Of a DNA stretch of 64,000 bases, positions 59,701 to 64,000 are shown piece after piece. The DNA comes from Balanoglossus misakiensis (lineage: Eukaryota; Animalia; Hemichordata): positions 186,001-250,000 of the forward strand of contig CM082586.2 of NCBI GenBank assembly GCA_040954595.2, in the 5' to 3' direction. Below the pieces are notes generated by a model. That model saw only the letters and a list, made by a program, of their open reading frames with translations, was not told where the DNA came from and ran no database searches. Every line of letters begins with the position of its first letter. Position 1 is the first letter of the stretch. The position numbers and the translations under genes were made by a program.

Positions 59701-60539
59701 GATGAGTCATGTGATTGTAATGTAAAGGGATGCTGATGCAATATGGAAGTATACTTATACACAGCTATGTGGTGATGCAATGCCCGTGTGCTAGTTTTGG
59801 TTTCTCTAGTTTTGTTGACATCCCTATTTTTGTTTTGTTTGGGATCTGATGCAATTCCTGACCCTGTGCCAATTTGTCGGACTATTTTCTGAACTGTGGG
59901 GGCAGAACAACAAAACAAAAACATTGCATCATCATTGGAATGGATTACTGGTGTATTTTCAAAACTAAGTTTCATCAAATGTATAATAAAGGGAAACATG
60001 TCATACTTGCGTAAATAAAACTCCAGATATATTTGTCTGACCTATTGTTTCCTTTGATTTCTTCTAGGACAACACTAAAACTTGAGAGTTTGGAAGACAC
60101 ATATGTGTTGGATACAGAGGATGATTCCCTAACAGACAAGCACGGATGTCCTGCATATGTCAGTCCTGAAATTCTTAATGCCAACGGGTGGTACTCGGGC
60201 AGATCAGCAGATGTCTGGAGTCTTGGTGTCATGCTTTACACCATGCTGGTTGGGCGCTATCCATTCCATGACACAGAGCCTGGCGCTCTGTTCAACAAAA
60301 TCCGCCGTGGCAAATTCACAATTCCAGATTTCTTATCTGCTAAGGCCAGGTGTCTTGTGCGTAGCATCATGCAACGGGATCCGGCTGACCGACTGACCGC
60401 TAGAGAAATCCTTGACCATCCTTGGTTTCATTCAACCAACCACATCTCCAGTCAAGGTCGAGTTGACCCCAACAAAGATCCCGACCAGTTAGTGCCAGAT
60501 ATGTGCATGTCTGACGATGTTACTCCGTTCTTCACGTAA
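56763..60539 (+). CDS. TRIB2: Tribbles pseudokinase (TRIB1/2/3 pro-orthologue, TRIB2-like), 339 aa, 3 coding exons
   Basis: Exons 56763-57017, 58637-58929, 60068-60539; 1020 nt in frame. Diagnostic motifs: [17 protein letters not shown] catalytic loop, SLE in place of [22 protein letters not shown] (MEK-binding) and DQLVPD (COP1-binding). Confidence 0.96.
59703..59931. promoter_or_regulatory. Cluster of four C/EBP-ATF composite (CARE/AARE) sites plus an AP-1 site in Tribbles intron 2
   Basis: TGATGCAAT at 59734-59742, 59773-59781 and 59847-59855, and reversed (ATTGCATCA) at 59923-59931. TGAGTCA at 59703-59709. The flanking sequences differ, so this is not a tandem repeat. Confidence 0.7.
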
Positions 60540-62928
60540 ATCTCATTTCGTTCAAACACTTGGGGTGAATGGGGGGTAACACAGACAATGCATGGACGTA
60601 GGAAGAAACACGATAGACCGTACCCACAATGCACCTATCAACATTTCCTGGCAAACTTTCTAAGAAACTGTTGACCAGTTCTAGAAGTTGCATATTTATT
60701 TCATGCCTAGAACTGCCCTGCCAAGAATTAGAAACAAAGTTGGTTTGTTTTTATGCAGAGGGGTATCTTCTAAGAAGATCTGAAAATTCTAGAATTCCAC
60801 GGCACACGCACAAACTCGGACAATATACACAGTCAAGTATTCAGTTGACAAATGATTGATAAAATTTCTGCCATGTTGTGTTTGGATGAGCTGTCCACAC
60901 CTGGACTGGCCTCTTTGGCAGCGTCTGTCTACTTGCTGTTGTGGCAGTCTGTGTGATACAAATATTTATGTTTTGTTGAATATTCAGCTAGAAGTTGGCA
61001 TGATGTACAAATGCTGCACTTTGGTGTTGTGAACCAAATGCTGCAAAACTTGAAATGAGTACATTTCATAAACTGTGCAAAACTTAGACAGTGTTACAGT
61101 CTGTCACAAACACTACATCTTATATTCCTTTGTAAGATCTAAGGTCCAAGAGCTATTGTAAAAAAAAAGTAATTTCACTCTGAGAGAGCGAGAGAATAAT
61201 TTATGACTTGAAAGAGAATCGTACAATTGATTCAAATGTTATCCTTTGATGTTGAATATTTTTGACTGTAAAATAATAAAACGTTTGTGTAATATACAAA
61301 GCAGATTTATTGTACAGTTCTGGGTGTAGATTGCTTATGACATACAATACAATTGGTTCCTGCTGCTTTTTCTGATCCGTGATCACGCAATTCAGGAGAG
61401 AAACACCAGAGTGCCTTGGCTGTCTGAAACAGGTGAAAAGAAACTGAAATGTAAAAACTCTGGGTGACTTGTTGAAATCTGTTTTATTGATGTTGTCAAT
61501 ATGACAAAAATCGATCAAATGGACTGTAACAAACCAAAGTGATGTTACGGTATTAAAAGTCTTGACACAAACCTTCATTTTATGAAAGTGAAAAAGTAAA
61601 GACAAATTTGTTGCGAGTTGTGATGATGGTCTGTTAAAGCAGCAAGACTCCGAATGTGCTTTTCATTTAGTTTCAGAATTTCTGTCCTTTCTCCTGTTGC
61701 ATCTGCCACTTGTACATTTTACCAGTCCAGTGCAAACAAAACCTTCAATTTGGAAATGGACGGGTCAGCTTTTTATTGTCTTAATTTTAAAACACTCATA
61801 GCATCAATAATCTTACTTTGGTTTTAAGACAACCTAACCTTACAACATAAGTATGGCTAGGTGAGGTCATCAGATTAGTCCAGTTCCATTCAGAGCTTCG
61901 TGATTTGCACTTTGCACAGAGAAATATTTCTGTTGTACAATTTTTTCAGCATACAGCATTGCTTGGTTCAGTGATATCTCAACTAACAAAGCTTGTTATA
62001 TGGCTGTTTCAACAAAATGCAAGGATTTGCACTACTGGGAAATGTTGGTTTCTTGTTTTAGTGAAATGTACATTTTAGCTGAAACGCAAAGTTTACCAGT
62101 ACTTTTATGTTGGAATAAAAGTCATCTACTAATGGCTGTAGATGATGGAAATAATAGAATTTCTTGTGTATCCATGTCTTAAACCGACTCAAAGTACCAA
62201 ACATATGGAGCCCCTTCCATTCTACATGTCTCAGCCAAGAAAAAAAAATTCAGTTTACAAGATACGATTTAAAAAATTTTTATTTGTTACTTTTTATCAC
62301 ACACAAAGAAAAATACACATACTCTGACAGTTATAATAGTAGCACATATTGCATTTGAAGTATTGGCTACATTGGTTTGGGATGAAGACGAGACAATACA
62401 AAGAAAGATATTGGCAACATTTTTATTCTCGTGCAAACTTTCTTGTGTGTGAAAACTTACTAGTTTGCAAAACCTAAAATTCACTCTTGAATTGCATCAA
62501 GTAACTTCATAATAAAGCTGCTCCATCTGACCCTCAGTCTTGGTCTCTTTCTCAACACAACTTGAAGCTGACATATATCGCAAAAGCTTCTCCAATTGAA
62601 TTACAAGTGTATTTATACACAGTTCGCTCTTGTCTGATGAAAAATCATAAATTATTTCTTAAATGTGGAAAAACTGAAGTTTTTGCAAAAATATTTTTCT
62701 ATTGAAATAATTTTTTGTGGTGTTTTTACATTAACACTTGATTTTTGTATTTTCTTGTGTGTCTCAGTATTTTGGACCTTAAACACTGATAGTGATACCC
62801 AACTTCTTTTACAAAGCAAAGCGATATGTAGAGGATATAAAATAATACGTAGTTCTTAAAGGAAATGAAACATGAATGTAGAAAACATACATTGACTAAA
62901 GTATGATGATAAAAGGAAAGTTTGAAGA

Positions 62929-63643
62929 CTACGTTGCCTTGCCAAGGTCAATCTTCTTCTTTATTGCTCTTGAGGAGTGGTAGATCATGGAGTCAATAAG
63001 ACCAGCAACTGCCATTTGAAAATGAATGATAAAATATATTATTACATGCACCTATTGCTCTAAACCTGTGGAATTTCATCGTACAATAATTCTCAATATC
63101 AAGAGTCCAATAACAATGCAAATGAGGACATGATGTCCATTAACATGTTACTGGATTCAAGCAAAACTTCTTCATATACTGGAATATGCTGCCACTTGTG
63201 TTCATAGCTATTCTTAAAATCTAAATACATGTACTTACCTGTAAAAACTCCACCAATAATTGCACATACACCAGTCAAGAAATGCATAAATGACCTACAG
63301 TTGGACAAAAATCATAAAACACTTTGAAATTTCGAAAAACAAACAGAAGAATTAACAAGCTCAACACACTGCTCTAGCCACTGGACTATGATGCCTTCTT
63401 AATGTAAACTGACAAATACAATCACTTACCTATGTTTTTCTGTATATTTAACCATAATTGGTGCAAATTCATACAGCATAAAGACTCCAGGAAGACCATG
63501 TTCACCTGGGGAAGAGGCCAAGGACGTACTGACAACTTTTTGATGTTTTGTACAAGAAAACTGGTTTGACCTTGTTGATTGACCATTAATTTTTGTGTAC
63601 GTTGTTGGAACTATTTTCACAAAGTACTGGTACATCATCGATC
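62929..63643 (-). CDS. ERGIC3: ER-Golgi intermediate compartment protein 3, last three coding exons (5' part lies beyond the right edge)
   Basis: Exons 63643-63430, 63294-63239 and 63008-62929 read SMMYQYFVKIVPTTY...GLPGVFMLYEFAPIMVKYTEKHRSFMHFLTGVCAIIGGVFTVAGLIDSMIYHSSRAIKKKIDLGKAT*. This is the characteristic ERGIC3/Erv46 C-terminus with transmembrane helix and lysine-rich tail. Confidence 0.95.
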
Positions 63644-64000
63644 CTACAAATATAAATTTACAGACATGGAATATATTAGTCTGGAAAATACTAGATTTGC
63701 TTTACATTTCCAAAATTAACTTTTATTTTTTTATGGGAGCAAATAAATACTCTACATTGGTTCTGTCACACACATACTTGTCCAGGCCAGTCAACATTGA
63801 CTCAAGTATGGATGACAGCTGCAGGAATTTCACACGAGCTGTATTCCATTTCCCAGCTGTCTGATTTGGCTCTGACGTGTAACTTACACAGTCATGAGTC
63901 ATTACATAGGGTCTATGGTCATTACCATATATGCAAAGTCTTACAACATGTAACTATGCGTGAGATAGAACAAACAGCATCACAAAGAACAAGGAAATTA

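Noticed and set aside
63778-63871. Possible further ERGIC3 exon near the right edge
   Set aside because: No frame gives the expected upstream ERGIC3 sequence (HLSFG..YPG..NPLD), so it was treated as intron.

Overview
This is AT-rich, intron-containing animal genomic DNA. The genes look like single-copy, pre-duplication orthologues, which suggests a non-vertebrate bilaterian; the species cannot be determined from the sequence. Six spliced protein-coding genes were reconstructed by hand from GT-AG boundaries and reading frame: the 5' end of a kinesin-3 KIF13 (minus strand, followed by about 22 kb in which no further KIF13 exon was found), PABPC1 (+, 10 coding exons, 650 aa), ASAP ArfGAP (-, 22 exons, 1004 aa), NSMCE2/MMS21 (+, 245 aa), Tribbles pseudokinase (+, 339 aa) and the 3' end of ERGIC3 (-). 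Most ORF-track entries are spurious or exon fragments. I found no CRISPR array, tRNA, rRNA or autonomous transposon, and no clearly new multi-gene system. The most interesting signals are non-coding. PABPC1 introns contain two box C/D snoRNA candidates, one SNORD75-like with a non-canonical but compensated C/D motif. The PABPC1 leader has a TOP-like start and an A-rich autoregulatory tract. Tribbles carries four perfect ATF4-C/EBP composite sites in intron 2, a C/EBP cluster in intron 1 and a CArG/CRE/ETS promoter. The KIF13 intron contains RFX X-boxes. There is a 1.75-kb tandem duplication, and the gene order resembles human 8q22-24.
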